Shown here piece by piece: positions 46,522-56,895 of a DNA stretch of 64,000 nt. The translations under genes were made by a program, and so were the position numbers. How positions within the stretch are numbered: the stretch's first letter is position 1; each line of letters starts with the position of its first letter. The DNA comes from a virus (lineage: Duplodnaviria; Caudoviricetes): the IMG/VR virus record IMGVR_UViG_2695421015_000002. One strand, written 5' to 3'. The notes beneath the pieces were generated by a model. It was not told the origin of the DNA. It was given only the letters and a program-made list of their open reading frames with translations, and did no database searches.

Positions 46522-47955
46522 GTGACTGTTCAATATCTCCACGGCATCGAGACGATCGAACTCGACAGCCCTGCTGGTCCGGTCGACACCGTCAAGTCGA
46601 ACGTGATCGGCCTCGTCGGCACGGCGCCGGACGCTGACCCCGATATCTTCCCGCTCAACACGCCTGTGGCCGTCTTCTCTGACGCGCTGAAGGCGGGTCA
46701 GCTGAAGTCCACCGGCACCCTGCTCGACGCAGTCGACGCGATCTACAGCCAGAAGTCGGCCGTGGTCGTCGTGGTCCGCGTGGACGATGGCCTGAGCATG
46801 GAGGAGACCTGGTCCAACGCTGTCGGTTCGCCGACCGGCAAGACCGGCATCTGGTCGCTGCTCAAGTCGCGCCCGATGCTTCAGGTCATCCCGAAGCTGC
46901 TCATCGCGCCCGGCCTCACCAGCGGTCGCCCGACCAACGGTCTGATGAACCTGGTCATCGGCGACGTCGGCCAGAACTATGTCCTGGCGACGACCACGAT
47001 CACGATCGATGCACCACCGGCTGGTGGCCGTCAGGCGACGGCTGTGCCTCAGGTTGTCGGCGGCAAGTTGACCGGTGCGATCATCACTGACCCTGGCTAC
47101 GGCTACGACGCTATCCCGAACGTCACGGTGAGCGGCGCCGGCACGGGCGCAACCATCACGGCGACCCTCGGCCATGTGGCCAACCCGGTCGGCGTGGCGT
47201 TCGCCTCCATCGTCGATCGCCTCCGCGCGGTGGCCTTCCTCGACGGTCCCGGCACCAGCTACGACGACGCGGTCCAGTATCGCCAGGACTACGGCAGCCA
47301 GCGCATCTCGATCATCGATCCAGGCGTTCTCTCCTGGAACACCGAGAACTCGGTGTACGTGCAGAAGCCTGCTTCGGCCTACGCGGCCGGCATCCAGGCT
47401 CGCATCGACGAGGAGAAGGGCTTTTGGTACTCGTTCTCGAACGAGGTGATCCAGAACATCGGCGGTCCATCGCGTCCGGTCGATTGGATGCCCAACGATC
47501 GCGACAGCGAAGCGAACATGCTGAACTCCAACCAGGTCACCACCATCATCCACGATGCTGGCTACAGGTTCTGGGGTCTGCGTGGCACCGGCACCGACCC
47601 GCTCTGGGCTCAGCTGTCTGTGCGCCGCACCGCGGACATGATCTACGAGAGCCTCGAACAGGCCGAGCGCGATCGCCTCGACAAGCCGTTCAGCTACCAG
47701 CTGCTCACCGGCATCCAGGGCGACGTGAACGCTTACCTCCGACTGCTCCGCTCGCGCGGCGCGCTGATCGGCGGAAAGTGCTGGATCGACCAGACGCTCA
47801 ACACCCCGGCGACATTCGCTTCGGGCGAGCTGACCGTGAACTTCGATCTCGAGCCCCCGGCGTGCTTGGAGCACCTGCAGTTCCAGGCGGTCCGTAACCC
47901 GAACTACTACACGGACTTCATCGAGACGTTCGCGCGGCAGGTCGCCAACGGCTAA
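46522..47955 (+). CDS. Tail sheath protein (P2 FI-like)
   Basis: YLHGIE, VIGLVGTAPDAD...FPLNTPV, GFW.S.SN and G.RFWG.R motifs. Confidence 0.95.
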   Translation: MTVQYLHGIETIELDSPAGPVDTVKSNVIGLVGTAPDADPDIFPLNTPVAVFSDALKAGQLKSTGTLLDAVDAIYSQKSAVVVVVRVDDGLSMEETWSNAVGSPTGKTGIWSLLKSRPMLQVIPKLLIAPGLTSGRPTNGLMNLVIGDVGQNYVLATTTITIDAPPAGGRQATAVPQVVGGKLTGAIITDPGYGYDAIPNVTVSGAGTGATITATLGHVANPVGVAFASIVDRLRAVAFLDGPGTSYDDAVQYRQDYGSQRISIIDPGVLSWNTENSVYVQKPASAYAAGIQARIDEEKGFWYSFSNEVIQNIGGPSRPVDWMPNDRDSEANMLNSNQVTTIIHDAGYRFWGLRGTGTDPLWAQLSVRRTADMIYESLEQAERDRLDKPFSYQLLTGIQGDVNAYLRLLRSRGALIGGKCWIDQTLNTPATFASGELTVNFDLEPPACLEHLQFQAVRNPNYYTDFIETFARQVANG

Positions 47956-48051
47956 CGCCGAGGCCACTCCGCATCACCCACCACAATGAGCTAGTCACGA
48001 GCCGTCCGGTCCTTGCGGGCCGGGCGCGCTCTGGCGTGGCCGGAGACATCT

Positions 48052-48576
48052 ATGAATAACCTTCGCGACTCCAACATTTTCCAGGACTTCACGGTCTGGA
48101 TCCAGGACATCGGCAAGATCGGAGAGGCGCCCGAGTTTCAGCCCCCGGAAATCCAGATCGAGACCGAGGACTTCCGCGGCGGCGGTATGGACGGCACCAT
48201 CGAAATGCCGATGGGTATCCAGAAGATCGAGTTCGACTTCATGCTCCATACCTGGGACGCGCAGATCTGGCAGAACCTCGGCTACGGCCCTGGATCGCTG
48301 GACGTGCCGATCACCTTCCGCGGCTACCTGCTGTCGGCAAACGGCGCCGAGAAGAGCGTCCTGATCGAGACTCACAGCCTGATCAAGGCGATCAAGCCCG
48401 GCAAGGTGCAGGCCGGCAAGAAGGTCGACCAGACCATCAGCCTCTGCGCCAACTACTTCCGTCACAACATCGACGGGACCGATGTCACCGAGATCGACGT
48501 GTTCAACAAGATCACGATCATCGGTGGTACCGACAAGAGCGCCAACGCTCGACAGATCCTGGGCTTCACCTACTAA
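48052..48576 (+). CDS. Tail tube protein (P2 FII-like)
   Basis: E.FRGGGMDG.I...MG and EID..N...I.G.D motifs. Confidence 0.93.
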   Translation: MNNLRDSNIFQDFTVWIQDIGKIGEAPEFQPPEIQIETEDFRGGGMDGTIEMPMGIQKIEFDFMLHTWDAQIWQNLGYGPGSLDVPITFRGYLLSANGAEKSVLIETHSLIKAIKPGKVQAGKKVDQTISLCANYFRHNIDGTDVTEIDVFNKITIIGGTDKSANARQILGFTY

Positions 48577-48597
48577 GCCCTGAGATCACTCCAACCG

Positions 48598-48632
48598 AGG
48601 CCTCGCCATAACCGGCGGGGCCTTTTTGTTTT
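48598..48632 (+). terminator. Rho-independent terminator
   Basis: AGGCCTCGCC-ATAACC-GGCGGGGCCT followed by a T-run. Confidence 0.8.
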
Positions 48633-48656
48633 CCTCATCAAGGTGTGCAAACCAAA

Positions 48657-48920
48657 ATGGCCGAACAAGTTTTCCCTCTCAACCATCCCTTCGAGTACCG
48701 CGGCGCGAGCTACATCGAGTTCAAGGCCCGCCGGCCGAAGGTCCGTGACCTCCGCAACTTCATCAAGAACGTCGACAAGGACGGTGTCGCTGCGATGGAA
48801 AAGGTCCTCGCTGACCTGTGCGAAGTCGACGAGAAGATCATCGCCGAAGTCGATATCGAGGACTTCACCCCGATGAAGGCGTGGTTCGAAGGTTTTTTGA
48901 AGCCAATGCTGGGCGAATAG
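48657..48920 (+). CDS. Tail assembly chaperone (gpE/gp41-like)
   Basis: L.HP...G......RRPKV.D, LC.V....I...D..D; lies between tube and tape measure. Confidence 0.88.
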   Translation: MAEQVFPLNHPFEYRGASYIEFKARRPKVRDLRNFIKNVDKDGVAAMEKVLADLCEVDEKIIAEVDIEDFTPMKAWFEGFLKPMLGE

Positions 48921-49081
48921 ACCGGATCCTCCAGGACTCCTTCCCGATCTTCGAGCGCTTCCACTGGACGCTCGACGACGTGGAGAACATGGAGTTCTGG
49001 GATTTCTGCCTAGTGGCAGACGGTGTCCAGCATCTAAACGCGCGAGACGCTGAAGCGCTCGCAAAAGCTCGGGGTGGATAA
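48891..49081 (+). CDS. -1 frameshift extension of the tail chaperone (gpE+E'-like)
   Basis: Slippery GGTTTTTTG at 48891-48899; the -1 frame reads FFEANAG...FHWTLDDVENM. Confidence 0.8.
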
Positions 49082-49114
49082 CCCCGGGCTTCTTTTTTGT
49101 TTTCAGGAGCGGTG

Positions 49115-52100
49115 ATGTCCGACGATCTCAATCTCAGGGCCAGGCTGACGGGCGAAGACTCGCTCTCGCCGCTGGTCCAGCGCATCGTGTCCCAATTCGA
49201 CCGCCTGGAAAAGAAGCTGAAGGCTCTTGGCCAGAACTACCGGAACCCCATCGCTGGGCTTGATGACAAGTACATCAAGCAGCTGCAGAAGGGCGGCAAG
49301 GAGATCGACGGCCTCACCGAGAAATACATGCGGTGGGCGCGCTACCAGCGCGACTTCGGCAAGATGTCGTCCACCCAGTGGACGAAGATGACCAATGAGC
49401 TGCAGGGCTATCACGACCGGTTCGACAAGCTCAACCGAAAGGAAATGAAGGCCTACGCCGAGAAGGTGAAGCGGGCACAGGCCTACAGCGCTGTCTGGAA
49501 CTCCCAGGCGAAGGAGCGCGTCCGCATCGAAGACAACATGCGGGACCAGATCAACCGCATCGACGTTGAGCACCTGCGCCAGGAAGAGCGGCGCAACCGC
49601 GACCATCAGAACAGGATGCTGAGTGCGCGGCGCCAGTTCGTGCAGCAGGTCAACAAGATCTACCAGGGCGTACGCCGGCTTGGCTATGCCGAGCTTGGTG
49701 CGGCGGCTGGCGTCGGCGCAATGGGCGCCTCGTCCGTCCGGTCCGCAGTGGATCTGGACAAGGCGGAGTTCAACGCCCGCATCAATATGGACCAGAGCCA
49801 GGTCAACGCCCGGCAGCTGCGTGACATGTGGGCGCTCCCGCGTGCTGTGGCTCTCGGCCAGAACCCGGCAAGGCTGATGGAGACGGCGGCAGACGCCGCC
49901 AAGGCAGGCGTTCCTGAAAAGCTCGCCGCCGGCACCGCCGAGATGGTGACCAAGCTCGCCAAGACCATGGGCATCGACGCAGCCCAGGCCATGGAAGGAA
50001 TGGGCTACGCCATCGCTCAGGAGATCGGCGCCGGCCGCATGTCCGACACGGACATCAAGCCGATCCGACGCCTGGCGAACACCTCGGCGTACCTCGCCAA
50101 CAAGACCTCCGCGCGTCCGGACCAGATGTTCTCGTTCCTGCGAACGGGTATGGGTTCCGGTGCCAAGCTTGGTCTCGATCAGGAGACCACGCTCGCGTTC
50201 GGCGCTTCGGCAATTCAGGCCGGTGCGCAAGGCCAGCAGGCATCCCGATTCCTCGGTTCGTTCGGCGCTGACATCTACGGCCTTCAGATGAAGGCGCGGG
50301 ACATCCAGCGCAAGGGCGGCAATCGCTCTCAAGAAGACAAGCTGTTCCTGAGCCTGCCCAGCAAGCTCGGCTTCGGCTCGTACGGAAACCTGATCCAAGG
50401 TTTCAGGAAGGATCCCAACAACGCCATCTTCGACCTGATCAAGTCGTTCGGCAAGATCAAGGACAACATCCAGCGCGAACAGGCGATGGATGCTCTGTTC
50501 GGCAGCGGCTTCGGTCGCTTCCTCGCGAACATGGTCGAGTCACCTGCGATGCTCGATCGCACCCGGGCCCTGTCCAGAGAGGCGATGGGTCAGTCGGAAG
50601 AGACCGACTTCATCAGCAAGTCGTGGCAGGAGTTCACGAACAGCCTGGAGTACTTCGTCGACAAGGTGAAGGCGACCTGGACCGTCCTCAAGGACGAGCT
50701 GGGCGACGTGCTCAAGCCGTACATCCAGCAGTTCAGCAGCTGGGTCGAAGACTGGTACACGACCGTCAAGACCAGCGGCATCAAGGAACGCTTCGCCGGA
50801 TTCCTGAGCGGATTGACGGAAGGCTTCCTCGGCCACCCCGGCTCGTTCCGCGACCTGCTCGACAAGGCATTCGGTAAGCCTGGAGAGAAGAGCGGCTCGA
50901 GCGCCGATGACTTCATGAAGCTGGGCAAGGGATTTGCGGAGGGCATCAAGTCTGTCGCGAAGGCCTTCGTCAGCATCTCGGCGTATTTCGGCAACAACTC
51001 AGCTGACCCTGAGGCGATCGGCCGGTTCGCCGGCAAGATCGTAGCGCTCGTCGGCGCATTGACACTACTGAGTCCTCTCATCAGCGTCATGGGCCTCGTG
51101 GTTTCGAGCCTATTCATGTTGGGATCAGCGCTGAAATTCCTCAGTGACCTCGGCGTACTAAAGTTCCTCGCCAAGATCACAGGCCTCAAAGCCGGTAAGG
51201 ACATGGCCTTGCAGTTCGGCGCGAAGGCTGCCGGCAAGGTTGGACTTGGCGCGCTCGGTGGCTGGATGGGCATGTTGCTATATGGCGACGGCCGGCCGGA
51301 CAATAGCCCTGAAGACATGAAGGGCCTCCAGGATGAGCTGAGGAATTACTACGAGAAGAACGGCAAGCTGAAGAAGAAGACCTCCGGTGAAGGCTTCGAT
51401 CCTTCGATGGTCCACCCTGCGGCCTACTACACCCGCAGCTCTGTCGACGATCTGAGCGACCAGCTGAAGAAGTTCGGCGGTATGGTTGAGCGCGCTTCGT
51501 TCATCACCACGACCGGCGGCGCAATCCGCGGCGCTGGCTTCGTTGGTGGTGGCGGACTCAGCTCAAGCTACGGATCGTCTTCGGGCATCAGCCTGGGCGG
51601 CGGTAGCGGCAGCCCGATGGCTCTGATCCACAGCACTCCGGGCGCACGGCTGCCGAACTTCGGCGTCGGCTCCGGCGGCATAATCAAGCGCAGCAACATC
51701 CCGTCCTTCTCGGGCGGCGGCGGTAGCGCTGGAGGGCTGAGCAAGTCGGCATACGAGCGGGTCTTCGCTGGAACGCCGCTCGCTGGCATGTACGACAATG
51801 TCGTTGCAGCAGCGAAGGCGAACGGCGTCGATCCGGCTCTGCTGGCCAGCGTCATGGCTCATGAGACTGGCAAGGGCAGTGTGCTGACTGGGAATAACCC
51901 CGGCGGCATCATGGACCCTGCCACCGGCATGGCCAGGAAGATGCAGTTCGGTAGCCTTGCTCAGGGCATCGACCGGACAGCTGCCACGGTTGCGAAGAAC
52001 TACCAGAGGGCTGGCGGTAGCATCGACGCTCTGGGGCGCATCTACGCTCCGGTCGGCGCAGCTAACGATCCGCGCGGCCTGAACGGCGGATGGGCTGCTG

Positions 52101-52756
52101 GCGTCAAGGGCTACCTCAGCCAGATGTCGGGCTCGGACCAGGCCAGCGGCCTCGGAGATCCGGTCAAAACGGCGGAGCGCTTCCTCAACAAAAACGAGTG
52201 GCGCGACACCAAGGAGATTGCGAACTTCATCAAGGCCGACCCGCGTGGCAACGTGAACGCTTGGTGCGCTCGCTTCGTAAACGCCGCTCTCAAGGAAAAC
52301 GGCGTCCAGGGTACCGGAAGCGCTGCGGCAGCCAGCTTCTATAAGTGGGGCTCCGCAGTTGAAGGTGCTGTGAAGCGCAACGACATCATGGTCTCTCCGC
52401 ATCACGTCGGCATGGCCACCGGTAAGGTGGACGAGAATGGCAACATTCAGATGATCTCCGGCAACCACGGGGATTCGGTCCAGTACAGCTGGGAACCCCG
52501 CGGCAAGTATCAGTTGCGTAGGGCAACGCCTGGACTCGTCAGCGGTGTGCCAGACCCGAAGAGTGTCACCCGGGGTGTTCCGTCGACACCGATCCCTGGT
52601 GCTGGTGCGAGCGACATCCGTCGCAATCCTGGTAACGTGGCGATCCACATCAATGGTGGTTCGCACGATCCGGAAGCTCTGGCGACGTTGGTCCAGCGCC
52701 GCATCGACGAACAGATGAACTGGCGTATCCACGACAGCGAGTCCGAATACACCTAA
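49115..52756 (+). CDS. Tape measure protein with C-terminal peptidoglycan hydrolase domains
   Basis: Long helical Ala/Gly-rich ORF; GVDPALLASVMAHETG...NNPGG (lysozyme-like) and AWCARFVN...HVG...ISGN (CHAP/NlpC-like). Confidence 0.9.
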   Translation: MSDDLNLRARLTGEDSLSPLVQRIVSQFDRLEKKLKALGQNYRNPIAGLDDKYIKQLQKGGKEIDGLTEKYMRWARYQRDFGKMSSTQWTKMTNELQGYHDRFDKLNRKEMKAYAEKVKRAQAYSAVWNSQAKERVRIEDNMRDQINRIDVEHLRQEERRNRDHQNRMLSARRQFVQQVNKIYQGVRRLGYAELGAAAGVGAMGASSVRSAVDLDKAEFNARINMDQSQVNARQLRDMWALPRAVALGQNPARLMETAADAAKAGVPEKLAAGTAEMVTKLAKTMGIDAAQAMEGMGYAIAQEIGAGRMSDTDIKPIRRLANTSAYLANKTSARPDQMFSFLRTGMGSGAKLGLDQETTLAFGASAIQAGAQGQQASRFLGSFGADIYGLQMKARDIQRKGGNRSQEDKLFLSLPSKLGFGSYGNLIQGFRKDPNNAIFDLIKSFGKIKDNIQREQAMDALFGSGFGRFLANMVESPAMLDRTRALSREAMGQSEETDFISKSWQEFTNSLEYFVDKVKATWTVLKDELGDVLKPYIQQFSSWVEDWYTTVKTSGIKERFAGFLSGLTEGFLGHPGSFRDLLDKAFGKPGEKSGSSADDFMKLGKGFAEGIKSVAKAFVSISAYFGNNSADPEAIGRFAGKIVALVGALTLLSPLISVMGLVVSSLFMLGSALKFLSDLGVLKFLAKITGLKAGKDMALQFGAKAAGKVGLGALGGWMGMLLYGDGRPDNSPEDMKGLQDELRNYYEKNGKLKKKTSGEGFDPSMVHPAAYYTRSSVDDLSDQLKKFGGMVERASFITTTGGAIRGAGFVGGGGLSSSYGSSSGISLGGGSGSPMALIHSTPGARLPNFGVGSGGIIKRSNIPSFSGGGGSAGGLSKSAYERVFAGTPLAGMYDNVVAAAKANGVDPALLASVMAHETGKGSVLTGNNPGGIMDPATGMARKMQFGSLAQGIDRTAATVAKNYQRAGGSIDALGRIYAPVGAANDPRGLNGGWAAGVKGYLSQMSGSDQASGLGDPVKTAERFLNKNEWRDTKEIANFIKADPRGNVNAWCARFVNAALKENGVQGTGSAAAASFYKWGSAVEGAVKRNDIMVSPHHVGMATGKVDENGNIQMISGNHGDSVQYSWEPRGKYQLRRATPGLVSGVPDPKSVTRGVPSTPIPGAGASDIRRNPGNVAIHINGGSHDPEALATLVQRRIDEQMNWRIHDSESEYT

Positions 52757-52812
52757 TTGTCCTGGCCCTACGGGGCCGGGACTTCCCCTTCAATTCCAAT
52801 CGAGAGGATTCC

Positions 52813-53307
52813 ATGGCATCGGTGCTACTGGGGTTGGGTTCGCTTGACCCTTCCGCAACTGACAACGTGATCCTTTTCTACGCGCCGCTGCCCGGGAACG
52901 ACACTCCGGGCTTCGAAACTTTTGCGCGAGACTCCCAATACACTTGGGTCTCGAACGATCGCCTGTCACGTGACCCGGCGATGCAGTTCACTGGACCCGG
53001 AGAGGAGAACATCGTAATCGACGGGCGGATGTACCCCTACCATTTCGGTGGCCTCTCAACCCTCAAGCTGCTGCGCGATGCTGGTCGCAGCGGCAAACCT
53101 TACATCCTGGCACGGTTCTATCCGCTCTCCGGTCCTGGCGGATACGGGAGCGAGAACCTCGGCAACTTCGTCATCATGCGGGTCCGCTCGGCGGAATCGA
53201 AGATCGGTGCTGTCGGCATCGCTCACAAGATCGATTTCACGCTGGAGCTGAAGCGCTATGGTGACGACCTGGAGTCGACCGCGCCCGACAATTTCGTGGT
53301 GACCTAA
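52813..53307 (+). CDS. Tail protein gpU-like
   Basis: W....R....PA.QF.GPG...I...G..YP and I.F.L.LKRY. Confidence 0.88.
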   Translation: MASVLLGLGSLDPSATDNVILFYAPLPGNDTPGFETFARDSQYTWVSNDRLSRDPAMQFTGPGEENIVIDGRMYPYHFGGLSTLKLLRDAGRSGKPYILARFYPLSGPGGYGSENLGNFVIMRVRSAESKIGAVGIAHKIDFTLELKRYGDDLESTAPDNFVVT

Positions 53308-53528
53308 TGTCAACCTACGTTACCAAGACGTACGATCGGCTCGATCGTATCTGCTACGACAGGTACGGATCGACCGACAACCGGATCGTCGAGTGGGTCA
53401 TCGACCAGGACTACGGCATTGAGCTGTACGGCATCGTTCTGCCGATCGGGATCGTCATCGACCTCCCGGATGCGCCGCAGCAGATGTCGGGTCCGAAGGT
53501 TCTCCCGCAAATCTTCCTCTGGAGCTGA
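53307..53528 (+). CDS. Tail protein X (LysM-like)
   Basis: Y.T...D.LD.IC...YG, LP.G..I.LP and LW terminus. Confidence 0.9.
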   Translation: MSTYVTKTYDRLDRICYDRYGSTDNRIVEWVIDQDYGIELYGIVLPIGIVIDLPDAPQQMSGPKVLPQIFLWS

Positions 53529-53575
53529 TCTGCAATAGCAGATCGTTCCGATCAAAATATATGCGTTAGCGCATC

Positions 53576-53606
53576 AGGCCGTCCTTCGGGGCGGCCTTTT
53601 CGTTTT
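53576..53606 (+). terminator. Rho-independent terminator
   Basis: AGGCCGTCC-TTCG-GGGCGGCCT followed by TTTCGTTTT. Confidence 0.8.
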
Positions 53607-53616
53607 GGAGGCGTGC

Positions 53617-54723
53617 GTGCCTACAGGTTACACCCCGATCTACCGGGTCATGCGGAACGGCATCGACATCACTGGTCGCTTCAACGATAGGACCACGCAG
53701 ATCAAGGTCGATCTTACCGCGGGAGGCGGTGAGGGCGACATCTGCACTATCATGCTCGATGACCGAGACTGGAGAATCGTTCGGCCGTACCCCGGCGAGA
53801 ACATCTCATTGTGGCTTGGATATCAGGAAGTAGGCCTAGCCTACATGGGGTCGTTCGAAATCGACGACGTCACCTTCCTCGGCAAGCCTCGCAGCATACA
53901 ACTTACAGGACTCTCCACGGGACTTCGTGACATTCAGAAGTCACCGCAGATCGCAAATTTCGACAACAAGACGGTCGGAGACATCCTCGGGCAAATGGCC
54001 GGACAAACCGGCATCAGTACCGCCATCTCGGGCGGACTTGCCTCACAAAAAATCCCCTTCAAAAATCAGGTCGTCAGCAACCTGCACATGATCCATGAGC
54101 TGGAGCGCATCTATGGCGCTGTGGCCAAGATCGCTGACGGCAAGCTGGTGTTCGCGCCACGTGACTCGACCGAGAGCGTGAGCGGCATCGCGCTTCCAAC
54201 CCTCGTCCTGCTGCCGGAACATTTCGGCGATTGGTCAGTCCGGTACAGCTCCAAATCGGAGTTCGCCGGGGTAAAGGCCGCCTATTGGGACAAGGACCAG
54301 CACATCCGACAGTGGGTCAATTCCGCGATCCCTGGTGCGGACAACGGCGCTGAACATTTCACCATCGGCAACGTCTTCAACTCCGTTGAGGAGGCCACGG
54401 CGGCTGCAGCTTCGAAGGGCGAAGCGCTGAAGCGATCAGAGGTCTACGCGGTCTTCGATCTCGCCAAGGGTGATCCCTGGGTCCGAGATCAGCAGACGCT
54501 GTTGGTCAGCGGCATGCGCGACGGCATCAACGGATCCTACGTCGTCGACAAGGCGACCCACACGTACGTCAGGAGCACGGGCATTCGGACGAACCTCGAA
54601 TGCAGAGCACCTGGTGATGGCGCTGATTACAGCGACCGCGCCGAGGAGTGGTTCCTGAAGCCGCTTCCTGGTGAGCCGATGGGCTCTGTCATCCCAGACG
54701 GGACCTTCAACGGTCCGTTCTAA
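53617..54723 (+). CDS. Baseplate hub / late control protein D-like
   Basis: P.Y.....G.DIT, D...I.LDD.D and LGY...GL..MG.F.ID motifs. Confidence 0.9.
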   Translation: MPTGYTPIYRVMRNGIDITGRFNDRTTQIKVDLTAGGGEGDICTIMLDDRDWRIVRPYPGENISLWLGYQEVGLAYMGSFEIDDVTFLGKPRSIQLTGLSTGLRDIQKSPQIANFDNKTVGDILGQMAGQTGISTAISGGLASQKIPFKNQVVSNLHMIHELERIYGAVAKIADGKLVFAPRDSTESVSGIALPTLVLLPEHFGDWSVRYSSKSEFAGVKAAYWDKDQHIRQWVNSAIPGADNGAEHFTIGNVFNSVEEATAAAASKGEALKRSEVYAVFDLAKGDPWVRDQQTLLVSGMRDGINGSYVVDKATHTYVRSTGIRTNLECRAPGDGADYSDRAEEWFLKPLPGEPMGSVIPDGTFNGPF

Positions 54724-54736
54724 CCGAAAGAAAGAA

Positions 54737-55909
54737 ATGTTCAGTCAAGAAATCATCGACGCCATCATGGCGGCGGCGAAGGCCCAGGGCTGGCCCGAGT
54801 CGTCCCTGTTGGCTGTAGTCGAGTGTGAAACCTCTGGTCAGCCGTTCGAGGTTGACGGACATACCCCGACCCTCCTGTTCGAGCGGCATAAGTTCTATTC
54901 GGAGATGCAGAAGCATCAGCCGAGCAAGCTGAGCAAGGCCATCGCGGCCGGCCTCGCCATCAAGACCTGGAGCCCGAAGACCCAATACAAGGACGAGGGC
55001 ACTTCCGCCAACCGCGTGAAGCTGATCGCAAAGGCCCGCGAGATCGACGAGGAAGTCGCCAACCGTGCGGCGTCCTGGGGTCTCGGCCAGACCATGGGCT
55101 TCAATGCCGAGGAGCTTAAATACGCCAGCGCCACGGCGATGGTGGCCGAGCTGTCCAAGGGCATCGCCGAGCAGATCGAGGCTCTGGTCCGCGAGATCAA
55201 GGCCAACCATCTGGACGGCTATCTCAAGGAGAAGAACTTCGCCGCCTTCGCGAAGGGCTACAACGGCGCCGGCTACAAGCAGAACAACTACGACGTCAAG
55301 ATGCGCAACGCCGATGCGGCGTGGGAGAAGCGTATCGCCAACGGCGACATGCAGGCCAAGCCGGCCAAGTCCGTCACGCTGGTCTATCAGGCCAAGCTGA
55401 AGGCGCTGAACTATCAGGTCGGCACGGTCGATGGTGACTGGGGCGATCTGACCACGGGCGCGTGCTCCGCGTTCCAGCGCAAGCAGGGCCTCAAGATCAC
55501 CGGCCACCCGGATGACGAGACCACTGCGGCGCTCGACAAGGCGACCCCTGATCAGGCCCGCCAGGTCAGCCAGGAGCGTGCCAACGCCACGGCAGAGGAT
55601 CTGAAAGCCAAGGGCTCGAAGACGATCGCTGCGGCCCAGAAGGGATCCGGAGTGACCAAGGTGCTGATCGCGACCGGCGCGATCGGCGGCGCGGCCCAAA
55701 CCGGCGCTCTCCACAAGGCCAAGGTTGCGGTCGGCAACGCCACCGGGGCGCACAGCTTCCTCGACTCCGTCCGAGATGTGGCTGTCCACGCCGCCCACTA
55801 CTGGTGGGTTGGTCTCATCGTGGCCGGCGTCGTCATCCTCGGCTGCTACGGCAAGGTGATCGAGGCCCGCCTGCTGGATCACCAGACCGGCAACAACATC
55901 GGAAAGTAA
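54737..55909 (+). CDS. Endolysin: N-acetylmuramidase (DUF3380-like) + PG-binding domain + C-terminal TM
   Basis: AV.E.E..G, LFERHKF, SWGLGQ.MGFN, FA.GYNG..Y..N.YD; VDG.WG..T......FQ...GL..TG. Confidence 0.92.
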   Translation: MFSQEIIDAIMAAAKAQGWPESSLLAVVECETSGQPFEVDGHTPTLLFERHKFYSEMQKHQPSKLSKAIAAGLAIKTWSPKTQYKDEGTSANRVKLIAKAREIDEEVANRAASWGLGQTMGFNAEELKYASATAMVAELSKGIAEQIEALVREIKANHLDGYLKEKNFAAFAKGYNGAGYKQNNYDVKMRNADAAWEKRIANGDMQAKPAKSVTLVYQAKLKALNYQVGTVDGDWGDLTTGACSAFQRKQGLKITGHPDDETTAALDKATPDQARQVSQERANATAEDLKAKGSKTIAAAQKGSGVTKVLIATGAIGGAAQTGALHKAKVAVGNATGAHSFLDSVRDVAVHAAHYWWVGLIVAGVVILGCYGKVIEARLLDHQTGNNIGK

Positions 55910-55913
55910 TCCA

Positions 55914-56339
55914 GTGTCCGTCATCGAAACGATCGTGGGGCTCGTCCCCACGGTCCAGGCTCGCGCGAAAGCGGTCCTGGACTTCCTCACCTCGACCACC
56001 GGCAAGGTGATCTCGGCCGTCGTGCTCGTTCTCGCCATCCTCGGCTACGTCCACCACCTGGGCGTCGAAAGCCAGAAAGGCAAGATCGAGTCCCTGACGA
56101 AGGAACTCGGAGTCGTGAAGCTGCAGCTCGCCGCAGCTCAGCAGAAGACCCAGGCTTGCCCCGAGCAGAAGGCTGAAGCGACTCCTCCGAAGGCCGGCTG
56201 GCTGGACGAGCAGGCGAAGGCAGCCGCCGCCCTAAACTCGAAAGTCAATTCCTATGAACAAGAGCTGGCCAAACGCCCTGCGCGCAGCGGCGATCGCCTT
56301 TCTGCCGCTGAGTCTCGGCGGCTGCTTGACATCCGGTAA
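55914..56339 (+). CDS. i-spanin (Rz-like)
   Basis: Single TM then coiled coil; overlapped by a lipoprotein ORF. Confidence 0.75.
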   Translation: MSVIETIVGLVPTVQARAKAVLDFLTSTTGKVISAVVLVLAILGYVHHLGVESQKGKIESLTKELGVVKLQLAAAQQKTQACPEQKAEATPPKAGWLDEQAKAAAALNSKVNSYEQELAKRPARSGDRLSAAESRRLLDIR

Positions 56340-56547
56340 GCCGGATCTGCGCAACCTGCCGCCCGCTCTCGCCGAGTGCGAGAAGGTCGCCAAGAAGGTG
56401 GCGCTGCCGCCAATCGCCCCGGGGATGGACAAGGTCGCGGTGATCGCCCGCTACCGATCTGCCCTCATCACTGCCAACAACCGCATCGAAGGGGCATCTG
56501 AGTGCTTAGCTGAGATCGACGCACTTCAGACTGGAAACCAAAAATGA
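56254..56547 (+). CDS. o-spanin (Rz1-like lipoprotein)
   Basis: Lipobox LGGC; Pro-rich; overlaps the i-spanin in another frame. Confidence 0.75.
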   Translation: MNKSWPNALRAAAIAFLPLSLGGCLTSGKPDLRNLPPALAECEKVAKKVALPPIAPGMDKVAVIARYRSALITANNRIEGASECLAEIDALQTGNQK

Positions 56548-56867
56548 CCGCGCCGTCTACCATCGACGTGATCAACATTGAAGGCCTCGTAGGCCTGTTC
56601 GGACCTACCGTTGCAGCGGTCGGCCTCATCCTCACCGTCTGGTGGCGCATGGATGCAAAGATCGAGTCTGCAGCTGAGAAAGCGCACGATACTGAAAAGG
56701 CGCTTGCCGACTTCAAGCTCAAGGTTGCCGAGGAGTACGCCTCCTGGGAGACCGTGAAGTCGATCGAGACCCGTCTGACCGAACGGATGGACGGCCTCGC
56801 GGAGCAGGTGATGAAGATGCCTGACGCGATCGTCGACCGGATCATGAAGTACCTGATCAAACAATAA
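56544..56867 (+). CDS. Single-TM coiled-coil protein (lysis-associated, holin-like candidate)
   Basis: ATGA overlap; L..FKL.VAE.YA...V..IE.RL motif. Confidence 0.65.
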   Translation: MTAPSTIDVINIEGLVGLFGPTVAAVGLILTVWWRMDAKIESAAEKAHDTEKALADFKLKVAEEYASWETVKSIETRLTERMDGLAEQVMKMPDAIVDRIMKYLIKQ

Positions 56868-56895
56868 TAAGCCGGGTCAACCGGCAACCAACCTC

